Source of the DNA: Deltaproteobacteria bacterium
Lineage (GTDB): Bacteria; Myxococcota; B64-G9
Assembly: GCA_019314375.1 (NCBI GenBank)
Contig: JAFCZJ010000002.1
Span: forward strand, 6,904-70,903
DNA: 64,000 nt
Reading direction: 5' to 3'
How positions within the stretch are numbered: the stretch's first letter is position 1; every line of letters starts with the position of its first letter. A model generated the notes under the pieces. That model was given only the letters and a program-made list of their open reading frames with translations. It had not been told where the DNA came from and did not search any database. This document shows positions 19,019-27,825 of this stretch, piece after piece. A program made the position numbers and the translations under genes.

Positions 19019-19513
19019 TCACTCCGGCGTCAGGCGGGCGGTGAACTCCACGTGGGGCACGCAGACGCAGGGCACGTACTTTTCGGTTTGCCAGGGCTCA
19101 TAGCCTTCCAATTCAATCTCAAACAGATTGTTGGCCACCAAGGTCAGCACCCATTCCTGAGCAACGAAGAAGGCCCTGCGGCCTTCTTCTTCCCAGGTGC
19201 ATTCGCAGCCATCCTCGACCACGCCCCCGTCAGGACGGTTGTTGGAGATGTTGCGGTCGTTGATGCGCACGGTGATGGGGCAGCAGAGTTCCAGGCCGGT
19301 CTCATCGTCGACGATGGTGATGAAGACCGAGTCGTCGACGTTGCCGTCGCAGCCTAAGTGACAACCAGCATCCCGCGGGCCAATGTCCTCAACCCCGGAC
19401 AGATCCACATCCTCCTGCCCGCCGTCTGGGTTGTCGCCCGAGCCGGCGCAGGCCTGGGCCAGCAGCAGAAAACATCCGGAAAGAATTGAAAACAGGATTC
19501 GCTTCACGACCAT
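19019..19513 (-). CDS. Small lipoprotein, unknown function
   Basis: Signal plus lipobox (CFLLLAQACAG). 164 aa with several Cys. Confidence 0.5.
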   Translation of the reverse strand: MVVKRILFSILSGCFLLLAQACAGSGDNPDGGQEDVDLSGVEDIGPRDAGCHLGCDGNVDDSVFITIVDDETGLELCCPITVRINDRNISNNRPDGGVVEDGCECTWEEEGRRAFFVAQEWVLTLVANNLFEIELEGYEPWQTEKYVPCVCVPHVEFTARLTPE

Positions 19514-19576
19514 CTCCCGATTATTGTGTTCCGTTGAGGGAAATATAGTACGGCGTGGAATTTTTGGGAAGGCCGC

Positions 19577-19611
19577 GAAAATTGGGGAAAAATTGGGGGA
19601 AAAATTGGGGG
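19577..19611. repeat. 12-bp tandem A-tract/G-tract repeat (GAAAATTGGGG-like, 3 copies)
   Basis: cgaaaattgggg aaaaattggggg aaaaattggggg, in the divergent intergenic region between the 19513(-) and 19707(+) starts. Confidence 0.6.
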
Positions 19612-19706
19612 ACGGGGGTGCGAGAATCCTAGAATCCCACGTGACAAATATGCCTTCTGGGGCTAGGATCGCTCCGTTTTACATCTGAAGCTCCATAGGA
19701 GGCCTG

Positions 19707-20909
19707 ATGGGCAAATTGTCAAAGAGCCTGTTGCTGTCCATGCTGACGATTTTCGTCATGGCATGTGGTGGCGGTGGGCAGAGCGCGGATGCAGGCTTGG
19801 ATGCGGCCCTCGACGCGGGCCTCGATGCCGGAGGAGAGGATGCCGGAGGTGACGGGGGTCTTATCTCCCTGGCGAATTATTGCCAAAGCTTGACCGAGGC
19901 CTATTGCGAATTCCTGCAGCGCTGTCCGGTCCCGGGCCAAGCGCTGGATCCTTTGGCGGATTGCCTCGAGGGCAGTCGCGGCTGGTGTGCCGATGCGCTG
20001 TTGGTGGACATGGAGGCCTTGGGCTGGATCGCGTACTCTCCCGCCCAAGCCGATGCCTGTTTGGCTGAAATGGCCCTTCTCGACTGTCGGGATTTCGATC
20101 ACGCCGGGCGAGACCTCAATGGCCAAACCGCCTGCGGTCAAGTGCTCGCGAGCCTGCAGGCGGACCAGAGCCCATGCGTATCCGGCTTCGAGTGTCTAAG
20201 TGGAGTTTGTCGATTCTCAGACTTATGTCCCGGCACCTGCGCGCCCGTGGTCGGCTTGGATGCGGATTGTTCGGGCGGCCAGGTTTGTGCTGACGGCAGC
20301 TTGTGTTGGCAAGGGGTATGTATGGCCTTGCCTGGAAATCCTGGAGACGCCTGCCCGGAAGGGTTTTGCGCATGGCCTTTGTTGTGCCGCATGTCCGGCA
20401 GCGACAACTCAAGTTGGCGCTGCGCTGAATTGGGGTTGACGGGCGAGGTCTGTGGACCCGATGCCCGTGTATGCTTCCCCGGGCTTTTTTGCAAACAGGA
20501 ACAAAGCGATGGACCCGGCCTGTGCGCCGTGCCCGGTCAGGAGGGGGCGGTATGCCAGGACAGCTCGGAGTGCTACGATCCGGCTGGTCCGGTCCTGCTA
20601 TGTTCCGGCGGCACCTGCCTGCCGGCGCCGGCTGCGGGTGAGCCCTGTGAAGAGTACAGCTGCGATCAGGCCTGGTGTGACACCCAGGCCATCACGCCGA
20701 CTTGTGTAGCGCTGGCTCAACAAGGCCAGAATTGCAGTCAGGACAGCAGGTGCTTGCCCGAGTTATTCTGTCGGGACGAACTCTGCCAGCCCCGTCTACA
20801 AGTCGGCGAGAACTGTGCTTTGCATAACTGGGGCTGTGTTCGAGGTCTGATTTGTCGAGCGGAACGTTGTGTGTCCATTGGCGGTGCGGTATGCGAGCCG
20901 GAGGAATGA
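19707..20909 (+). CDS. Cys-rich secreted lipoprotein
   Basis: AGGAGG RBS. Lipobox (LTIFVMACGG). Very Cys-rich throughout, with no enzymatic motif recognised. Confidence 0.6.
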   Translation: MGKLSKSLLLSMLTIFVMACGGGGQSADAGLDAALDAGLDAGGEDAGGDGGLISLANYCQSLTEAYCEFLQRCPVPGQALDPLADCLEGSRGWCADALLVDMEALGWIAYSPAQADACLAEMALLDCRDFDHAGRDLNGQTACGQVLASLQADQSPCVSGFECLSGVCRFSDLCPGTCAPVVGLDADCSGGQVCADGSLCWQGVCMALPGNPGDACPEGFCAWPLLCRMSGSDNSSWRCAELGLTGEVCGPDARVCFPGLFCKQEQSDGPGLCAVPGQEGAVCQDSSECYDPAGPVLLCSGGTCLPAPAAGEPCEEYSCDQAWCDTQAITPTCVALAQQGQNCSQDSRCLPELFCRDELCQPRLQVGENCALHNWGCVRGLICRAERCVSIGGAVCEPEE

Positions 20910-20911
20910 CC

Positions 20912-23287
20912 ATGAATCGTACCCATTTTATCGGTTGCTTGTTGGGGATGCTGGGCCTGAGCCTGGTGGTGGCCTGCCAGGGCGCCGCTGATTCGGACCA
21001 AACTTTCGGCCATTTGGATGACTGGACCGACCAGAGTGTATCCCTCGAACTGGATCACGAGTCCACGCTCAGCTTCAGGGCTGATGGCAACCAGATTTTG
21101 AGCAATCCGCCTCTGTTCGCCGGAGGCCGGCTGCGGGTTGAATACGATCCCAATCGTCTTGCGGGTTGCCGCGGCAGTCACGCCGGCGCCTGGAGCATCA
21201 TCGTTCACTTGCGTGAAAAGCCTTCTGGTACTTTGACGTCAAGGGTGATGGGGTCTTCCGGCAACTTGCTGTCGAGCACCTTCGCGGTGGGCGAAGAGGC
21301 CGAGTGGCTGGAGATATGGTTTGAAAATACCGATGATCAGGGCTGCCGTGACTTCGACAATCGCTCAGGAGCCAATTATCAATTCCAAACGGTGGTGCCC
21401 ACAGGCTTAAGCCGGGTCCTGTTTCCCGCGGATTGGAACGAGTCGGCGCAACCGGCCATCGTGGCCGGGGGGCTGATGCAACTCGACTACGACCCGGCCC
21501 GTCTGCGGTTGTGCCGGGCCACCTACAACGGTGGGCGCACCTGGAACATCCTTGCCCACTGGGCTTTTTCCCCAGGGGGTCAACGAAGTTCCATCCCCTT
21601 GTTTGCCGGTGACTATTATGCCGGCGAAGAGGCCATTTTGAGGCCCTTGCTGACCGTGCCGGAAGATGCCGAGTCGGTGGAAGTTTGGTTTGTCAACTCG
21701 GACCGGGCCGGCTGTGTAGCCTGGGACAGCAATCTCGGCGATAACTATCGCTTCCCCGTGGCCTCAAGCGCGGAGGCGGTGACCGAAATCGGTTGGGTCG
21801 GGGAGCACGACTTTGTCATCGCCTATCCCAACGAGACCGAACATTTGGGCAAACAAGATCCGGTCTGGTATCAGGACAACTGGGCGGGCATGCCCAAGAG
21901 CTCCTGGACTGAAATACAAATCTGGGTGCAGGGACTGACCGACGTGGTCTATGCCAACACGCAAGAGGCAGCCCAGGCGGCCGCGGCTCGAATTGATGCC
22001 GGGGTCTTGACTTCGGCTTTGGCCGAAGAGTGGCCCCTTGAATTTGTGGAGCAGCGTGGCAACAACTTCGTCTACGCTTTTCGCTTCTGGAAGATGCGCT
22101 ACGTTATCTACAATGATCCGCCTGTAGCAGCCGGCCTTTATCAGTTCCGTTATCGTTTCTCCCTCGACGGTCAGGCGGCCCAGGAATTTGGGCGCGCCGA
22201 TGGGCAGGACTGGCGTTTCGTTGTCTCTCCCGACTTAGACTGCTCATTGTTCCCCGACGGCGGACCGGAAGGATGTCAACAGAGCACGAGTGTGGATTGG
22301 GCCGGGAACTGGGGAGGTCGTTTCGATCACTCCTGCAGCCATCGCTTGGGTTTGGATGAGCCGGTCGTCTTCACCAAAAGCAGCCTGGGGCATGACTGCA
22401 TGGTCATCAGCGCCGAGGTCTATGTGGCGGGTTTAACCGACGCAGGTGGCGATCCGCAGGCCATCATGGCGCAGGTGGAAAGCGATATCGGCTTCGGCGG
22501 CGGACCCTTGGTCCAGCCGGTTACCTATGACCTCGCTTACGACACGCGCAGCGGAAATAACTACCGCTACCAATGGTTCTGCAATGAGCATGTGGGGCGT
22601 TCCGACAGGGGAGACTATCGTTTCCGCTTTCGTTTTTCAGCCGACCAAGGTCAGACATGGAGCGTCATTGGTGATGAAGCGGGAGGCTTTCGCGCCTTGT
22701 GGGTGCGCAACGACTCCACGGACGTAGAAGCCCAGCAATTCTGCGAAGGCTTGGAAAGTTGGCAATCCGCCTTTCAGCATCAGGACGCCTGCATAGACTA
22801 CCAGCCCGCGACCCAGGTCGACGCAAACAACTGTGAGTTCTACGTCAACGCCTTCGGCCGGGGGCAGTGGTCCCAGGCCAGCGTTCACGCCAGCTGGTTG
22901 GAGTCTTGGATCAGCGTCAACGCCGAGCAGGAAGGCCAAGTCGAAAACGTCGGCCTGTGGGCGAGCTATCGGGACCTTGCCGACGGAAGCCTGCACGAGG
23001 TTTTAAGCTTGGGCAGCGAATACGAGCCGAATTACTGGCTGGTGGGCTTGACGAAAGAAGAGAATAGCCTCTTCGATCGTCAGGTCGAAGCCTTGGCCTT
23101 CTTTCTCGATGTGCGCCGCCTCGATGGCAGCGTGGAACGATTGTGGCAGAGTCGCTCAGGCGCCAATTACACAGAGGCCGACATCTTCGCCGTGGCCGGC
23201 TTCCTTCTCTCCCTCGGCTCGGGGAGCGTCGAATACGCGGATGAGTCGATGGGCCTCTTCGACGCCAAGCGGGCCTGCGCTCAGTAG
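20912..23287 (+). CDS. Lipoprotein with repeated CBM-like beta-sandwich segments
   Basis: ATG 20912 with GGAGGA RBS overlapping the previous stop. Lipobox (LSLVVACQG). Three segments end in D/S-x-x-x-G-x-N-Y (DNRSGANYQF, DSNLGDNYRF, SRSGANYTE), as in starch/glycan-binding CBM20/21/53-type modules. Confidence 0.5.
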   Translation: MNRTHFIGCLLGMLGLSLVVACQGAADSDQTFGHLDDWTDQSVSLELDHESTLSFRADGNQILSNPPLFAGGRLRVEYDPNRLAGCRGSHAGAWSIIVHLREKPSGTLTSRVMGSSGNLLSSTFAVGEEAEWLEIWFENTDDQGCRDFDNRSGANYQFQTVVPTGLSRVLFPADWNESAQPAIVAGGLMQLDYDPARLRLCRATYNGGRTWNILAHWAFSPGGQRSSIPLFAGDYYAGEEAILRPLLTVPEDAESVEVWFVNSDRAGCVAWDSNLGDNYRFPVASSAEAVTEIGWVGEHDFVIAYPNETEHLGKQDPVWYQDNWAGMPKSSWTEIQIWVQGLTDVVYANTQEAAQAAAARIDAGVLTSALAEEWPLEFVEQRGNNFVYAFRFWKMRYVIYNDPPVAAGLYQFRYRFSLDGQAAQEFGRADGQDWRFVVSPDLDCSLFPDGGPEGCQQSTSVDWAGNWGGRFDHSCSHRLGLDEPVVFTKSSLGHDCMVISAEVYVAGLTDAGGDPQAIMAQVESDIGFGGGPLVQPVTYDLAYDTRSGNNYRYQWFCNEHVGRSDRGDYRFRFRFSADQGQTWSVIGDEAGGFRALWVRNDSTDVEAQQFCEGLESWQSAFQHQDACIDYQPATQVDANNCEFYVNAFGRGQWSQASVHASWLESWISVNAEQEGQVENVGLWASYRDLADGSLHEVLSLGSEYEPNYWLVGLTKEENSLFDRQVEALAFFLDVRRLDGSVERLWQSRSGANYTEADIFAVAGFLLSLGSGSVEYADESMGLFDAKRACAQ

Positions 23288-23458
23288 GCAGAACCTGAGA
23301 TCATCGGGCCTTACTGGCAGGTCCATGATTATGGCCACCGCCTCAAGGTGCCAGGCAAATAGTCTTGTGTGACCTCCGTCCCCGGAATTCCCCCGATCTC
23401 CTCAAGTATGAGCCCATTCCATTCAACTGTATTCATCCGATAGCTGTGCAAGATTGGA

Positions 23459-23803
23459 TCAGTCCCCGTAAAGCAGGGCTTCGATCTTGGCCAGCACCTC
23501 TTCCAGAACGGCTTTGGGCGCGGTGGCGAATTTTTTTGCCCCTCGCTTCCGCCAGTCCAGGTTTTTGATCTGATCGGCCAGGATTGCGCCTTTGGCTTTG
23601 GATGAAGACGGCAGGCTCACTTCGAAGGGATAGCCCTTGACCCGACTTGTCAAGGGACAGAACAAAGCCAGACCTACTTTGGCGTTGTAGGCCCTGGGGG
23701 AGATGACCAGGGCTGGGCGATGGCCGGCCTGCTCATGGCCGGTCTGGGGGCTGAACTGCAACCAGACGATGTCGCCTCGCTTGGGCACATAGCTTTTGCT
23801 CAC
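23459..23803 (-). CDS. mazF: MazF/PemK-family toxin (mRNA interferase)
   Basis: YVPKRGDIVWLQFSPQTGHEQAGHRPALVISPRAYN...LALFCPLTSRVKGYPFEV is the PemK/MazF signature. 114 aa. Overlaps the upstream antitoxin gene by 4 nt. Confidence 0.85.
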   Translation of the reverse strand: MSKSYVPKRGDIVWLQFSPQTGHEQAGHRPALVISPRAYNAKVGLALFCPLTSRVKGYPFEVSLPSSSKAKGAILADQIKNLDWRKRGAKKFATAPKAVLEEVLAKIEALLYGD

Positions 23804-24042
23804 CAGATTTCCCCGCCCACGGCCTCACCGCTGTCCACCTCGGCATGCAGATTGTCCTCGGTCACGTCGGTCAGTAGATTCTGGAGGGAGTATGTTCGGG
23901 GATGCAGGGGGCGAATGGTCAAGGCCCCGTCTTCGATGCTCAGTTCCACCTCCATGCCTTCTTCGACCTCCACTTCCTTGGCGAAGGACTTGGGAATGCG
24001 AAGTCCGAGACTGTTGCCCCATTTGCTGATCTTGATCACCAT
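23800..24042 (-). CDS. mazE: MazE / AbrB-SpoVT-type antitoxin
   Basis: ATG 24042 with GGAGG RBS. MVIKISKWGNSLGLRIPKSFAKEV is the SpoVT/AbrB swapped-hairpin motif. 80 aa. The track start at 24201 was rejected. Confidence 0.8.
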   Translation of the reverse strand: MVIKISKWGNSLGLRIPKSFAKEVEVEEGMEVELSIEDGALTIRPLHPRTYSLQNLLTDVTEDNLHAEVDSGEAVGGEIW

Positions 24043-24054
24043 GCCTGCCTCCAG

Positions 24055-24073
24055 TGTATACATTGAGTATACT
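24055..24073 (-). promoter_or_regulatory. Candidate mazEF operator / -10 region
   Basis: Two 8-bp palindromes, TGTATACA (24055-24062) and AGTATACT (24066-24073), lie immediately upstream of the mazE RBS. On the minus strand TATACT could serve as the -10. Confidence 0.3.
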
Positions 24074-24124
24074 TCCATACCCTGGGCACGTCCAGGCTTT
24101 TTCCAAGGCCATGGCAGGCGGCGG

Positions 24125-26257
24125 CTAGTACGCCAGACAGACCGACCCCTCGGCCAGATCATCCTCTGCGTCACAGGGCTCCTGAGGGCAGTAGTACACA
24201 ACTTCGCAGTTCATGGGCGGCGGGCACTCGATGTCGGCGGAGCACCACTCGGAGCAGCGATTGGTGAGGCACATGCCCTCGCACTGGCTGTCGTCGGGAT
24301 CACAGCTGGAGCCGAGGGGAAGAGGACCCAGATCGAGCACGCATTGCCCCAGGAGCGGCGGTGAAGATTCCAGGTCCGGCAGGCACGCCTGTCCTTCGGG
24401 GCAGTCGCTTGGCCCGCCGCAGCCCGCGTCCTGGCGGCAGACGCTGGCCGGCAAGTTGTTCTCCGGCAGGTCGCATGGTTCCAGCATGCACAGATCAGTC
24501 GTCTGGCAAGTCATGTTGCCGGGGCAGTCGTCGTCGCTGCCGCACCATTCGGAGCACCGACCGTTGACGCAAATCGCCTGGCAAACGTCGTCCGACTCGC
24601 AGGGTGAACCCAACTCAAGATCTCCTGAGTCGCTGCGGCACAGGCCTGTCAGGGTTTCGTCCACCAGGGTTGGCCAGCAGGTCATCCAGTCCTCGCAGTC
24701 ATTGGGCCCCAGGCAGCCGCTGTTGCCGCTGCACATTCCGACACTCCCATCCACACCTGGAATGCTGTACGAGATACAAACGTCATCGTTGATGCAGTCG
24801 TAGGTCGACTCACAGATTTGACTACAGATGTTACCCAGGCAGACCAGGCTGCTGCATCGATCTTCGACGGCGAGCGTTGTCTGGTCAAGGGTCTCATCGC
24901 AAGTACTGCCGGCGTGGATGTCCCCTAGATTTGCGCAGTGAGTCGTCAGGCTGTTGGTCGCTTCGTCGACTTCCACCGTGCACACATCTTCGAGGGGGCA
25001 GTCTCTGTTGGTCAGGCAAGGAAGATCGAAGAAGGGCAGGCAGGCGTGGTTTCCTGACGCCCTCCACATGCATCGGATGGTCACCGAGGGGTCGGGTGCG
25101 AACGCACAGCCGTTGCACTGCTCGTCGGTGTTGCATTCCGGGGCGCACACCGCAATGGGATCCTCTAAGGACTCTCCAATGCAATCTATCCCTGTCTGGC
25201 AAGCGGATCGGCCATAGCCCGTGCAACTGGCCCCGCAGTCGCCGGTGCCATCACCGCAGGGGTAGCCCTCTGCCGTCTTGAGGCAGAAGCTGATGAAAGA
25301 CTCGATCTCGATGCAACACATCTCAGCCGTTTCCCCTTCTGCGTGGTTGACGCAGGATTCGTTCATCTGGCAGTCCGTATCCATGCAATAGCCCACTGTG
25401 TCGCCCGTCTCCTTGTAGCAGCGGCCGCTACCGCAGTCGTAGCCATACTCGCAGGCTTCACCCATCTGCATGCCGCTTGCGTAAAGGCAATCGCCGGTCA
25501 GGCATTCTTGCCCTGAGAGGCAGAAGCCGACGCATTCGCCATATCGGCATGTTTCGCATGCGGTGGGGTCACAGGCCGGATCGCAATCGATGATGTCGCG
25601 GCAGACGCCATTGTCGCAGTCCTGGTTTTCCGAGCAGGCATAGACGCAGCCCTCTTCCTGACAGACCATGCAATCACTGGAGAAGCAGGGTGGATCGCAG
25701 TCAGGGATGTCCTGGCAGGCGCCATCGACGCAGCGCTGGTTGGCGAAGCAGGTGTTCACGCACCTGCCTTCCTGGCAGACCTCGCAAACGATGGTTTCAC
25801 AGGCCGGATCGCAGTCGGGGTAGTCCCGGCAAAACCCGTTATCGCAGTATTGGTCTGCGGTGCAGGCACTGACACAGTCCCCATCCTGGCAGACCATGCA
25901 AACGTTGGGCAGGCAGGGCGGACTGCACCGCAGCTTCTTCTGGCAGACGCCATCTTCGCACTGCTGGTCCGGGGTGCAGGTGCTGGCGCACTCGCCCTCC
26001 TGGCAGGTCATGCAGGCGCTTGAGTCACAAGCAGGAACGCAGGCGGGCGCATCGACGCAGGCACCGTCCTCGCAGATCTGATCGGTGGAACAACTGCTGA
26101 CGCATACCCCTTCCTGGCAGATCTGGCAGGTGCCCATATCGCAGGCCGGGTCGCATTTAATGCTGCTGCCTTGCTCCGAGCAGGCGAGAACCATGAAAGA
26201 TGACAGCGCGAAAATGGGCAGCGCAAGCTTCCGAAGGAGAATCTGTCTTTTGTTCAT
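24125..26257 (-). CDS. Cys-rich repeat lipoprotein (6 x 38-aa eight-Cys repeats + Cys-rich C-terminal half)
   Basis: Lipobox (FMVLACSE). Six tandem units fit C-x3-C-x4-C-x2-C-x4-C-x3-C-x5-C-x4-C (e.g. CDPACDMGTCQICQEGVCVSSCSTDQICEDGACVDAPA). The remaining ~450 aa are also Cys-dense. Confidence 0.6.
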   Translation of the reverse strand: MNKRQILLRKLALPIFALSSFMVLACSEQGSSIKCDPACDMGTCQICQEGVCVSSCSTDQICEDGACVDAPACVPACDSSACMTCQEGECASTCTPDQQCEDGVCQKKLRCSPPCLPNVCMVCQDGDCVSACTADQYCDNGFCRDYPDCDPACETIVCEVCQEGRCVNTCFANQRCVDGACQDIPDCDPPCFSSDCMVCQEEGCVYACSENQDCDNGVCRDIIDCDPACDPTACETCRYGECVGFCLSGQECLTGDCLYASGMQMGEACEYGYDCGSGRCYKETGDTVGYCMDTDCQMNESCVNHAEGETAEMCCIEIESFISFCLKTAEGYPCGDGTGDCGASCTGYGRSACQTGIDCIGESLEDPIAVCAPECNTDEQCNGCAFAPDPSVTIRCMWRASGNHACLPFFDLPCLTNRDCPLEDVCTVEVDEATNSLTTHCANLGDIHAGSTCDETLDQTTLAVEDRCSSLVCLGNICSQICESTYDCINDDVCISYSIPGVDGSVGMCSGNSGCLGPNDCEDWMTCWPTLVDETLTGLCRSDSGDLELGSPCESDDVCQAICVNGRCSEWCGSDDDCPGNMTCQTTDLCMLEPCDLPENNLPASVCRQDAGCGGPSDCPEGQACLPDLESSPPLLGQCVLDLGPLPLGSSCDPDDSQCEGMCLTNRCSEWCSADIECPPPMNCEVVYYCPQEPCDAEDDLAEGSVCLAY

Positions 26258-26576
26258 TCGTTGTCCCCAATGTGATGGTTTCTATGTCCCCTTGCAGCCG
26301 GAGATCAGCAGCGCGTAAGTCATGGTCTTCATGTCGGCCCCCATTCAGAAGCCCACCGCGCGAAGCAGGGGGCGTCCTGGGTTGAATCGCTGTCTATTAT
26401 ACACCTCACCCGACCGGCACGCACATGTCGACCTGGGCGATGTTGTCCGGGTTGTCGCCAAACCGAGGTGCCACACGAATCGATTCGGCTGAACATCGCA
26501 AACGCGGCGAGATGCAGGTCGTCGATCGCCAGCGCCTGTGCTAGACTGCGATGTACCGAAGGGGAGGTTGTGCGCC

Positions 26577-27614
26577 ATGAATTGGAGGAGACTGAGGATG
26601 TGGATCTGGGCGCTGAGCCTGGTGGGTCTTTGGGGCGCCTGTGTTGATTCGGGACCGAAGCCAGTGGACGGTGGGCCGCAGGGGACGGTCCGTGACGCAA
26701 GCGTCTGGGAATACGGGGCATGCTTTCTGGATTATCATTGCCCCATGGGTATTGTGCGCTTGGGTCTTCCGACGATGAGTAGATGCGCCAGTACGATGAC
26801 GTGGATGGATGCATACTATGAGAGCCTGCAAGAAGACGGTGAGGCCGCTCGGTATTTGGCAAAGAAAGAGGTCCTCGGCGCAATGAGGTCCTGCGAGGAA
26901 TACAACGCCTGGTATTTCTGCGATGAGGACGAGTTGGCGCGGTTTGAAGGCAGCGAGTTGCATTGGTATTGCAGTGACGATACCGCCTTGGCTTGTTCAG
27001 ACAGCAGCCCTTCGAGGGCCAGTCGATTCGATTGCGGAGCTGCGGGTCTGACTTGTGAGGACGGATTCTTGGAGGGAGGCTGTGGATTTGGCTCCTGCGA
27101 TGAGGAGAGCTTTGAACGGCGTTGCGAAGAAGATTTGCTCGTTCTATGTGAGTTCGGTCAGATCGCGCAGGTGGACTGTGGCGATGCGCTCATTGAGCTG
27201 TGGTATAGCGAAATTGACGGACGACCGGTCTCCAATCGCTGCGGAGAGCGCGCCGATGGAAGTTTTGGCTGGATGGGCGACGGGGTGGATTGCGATGAGG
27301 AAGGTTTCTCGCTGCGCTGCGACGGTTCGGTGATGGAGACCTGCACCGGGGGGAAGATCGGCCGGCTGGATTGCAATGACATCATTCCGAACACAGTCTG
27401 CGGAGAGGACAATTTGCCCTGGTTGCGTTGCTGGCCCAAGGATTCGGACTGCGACCCGCGGTCAAACGAGAAATGCCAAGACGGCCGCATCACCTTCTGC
27501 GACTTCGGCCGTTGGGTGCGTATCGACTGCAAGGAGGCTGGCTTTTCAGATTGCCACCTGAATGATATCGCGGACGTAATGGGTCAGGGTGATATGGCCC
27601 ACTGCATTCCCTAA
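26577..27614 (+). CDS. Cys-rich secreted protein
   Basis: ATG 26577 with GGGGAGG RBS. Signal peptide (WIWALSLVGLWGACV). Repeated C...C..G....C motifs. Confidence 0.5.
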   Translation: MNWRRLRMWIWALSLVGLWGACVDSGPKPVDGGPQGTVRDASVWEYGACFLDYHCPMGIVRLGLPTMSRCASTMTWMDAYYESLQEDGEAARYLAKKEVLGAMRSCEEYNAWYFCDEDELARFEGSELHWYCSDDTALACSDSSPSRASRFDCGAAGLTCEDGFLEGGCGFGSCDEESFERRCEEDLLVLCEFGQIAQVDCGDALIELWYSEIDGRPVSNRCGERADGSFGWMGDGVDCDEEGFSLRCDGSVMETCTGGKIGRLDCNDIIPNTVCGEDNLPWLRCWPKDSDCDPRSNEKCQDGRITFCDFGRWVRIDCKEAGFSDCHLNDIADVMGQGDMAHCIP

Positions 27615-27671
27615 CTGTCTATCTGATCTGCACTGCCCAGTCTTCGGACCTCCGCCCCCAGGATTCTCTGC

Positions 27672-27825
27672 AAATAGCCATATGTTGGCCAAAGTATCCT
27701 ATGTAAAAAGCCATCAAGTGGCTGAAGTAACCTATGAATAAAGCCATCAAGTGGCTGAAGTAACCTATGAATAAAGCCAATGGGTGGCTAAATGTACCTC
27801 GACAAAAAGCCAATTTGTTCATATC
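27672..27825. repeat. 33-bp periodic array of AGCCA-N5-TGGC dyads (5 units)
   Basis: AGCCA occurs at 27676, 27709, 27742, 27775 and 27808. Units 2 and 3 are identical (aaagccatcaagtggctgaagtaacctatgaat). A+T-rich, lying between convergent genes. Confidence 0.8.

Noticed and set aside
24081-24100. Hairpin CCTGG-gcacgt-CCAGG followed by CTTTTT on the plus strand
   Set aside because: The U-tract is on the strand with no upstream gene; both flanking genes are on the minus strand. The stem is short (5 bp). Not called as a terminator.
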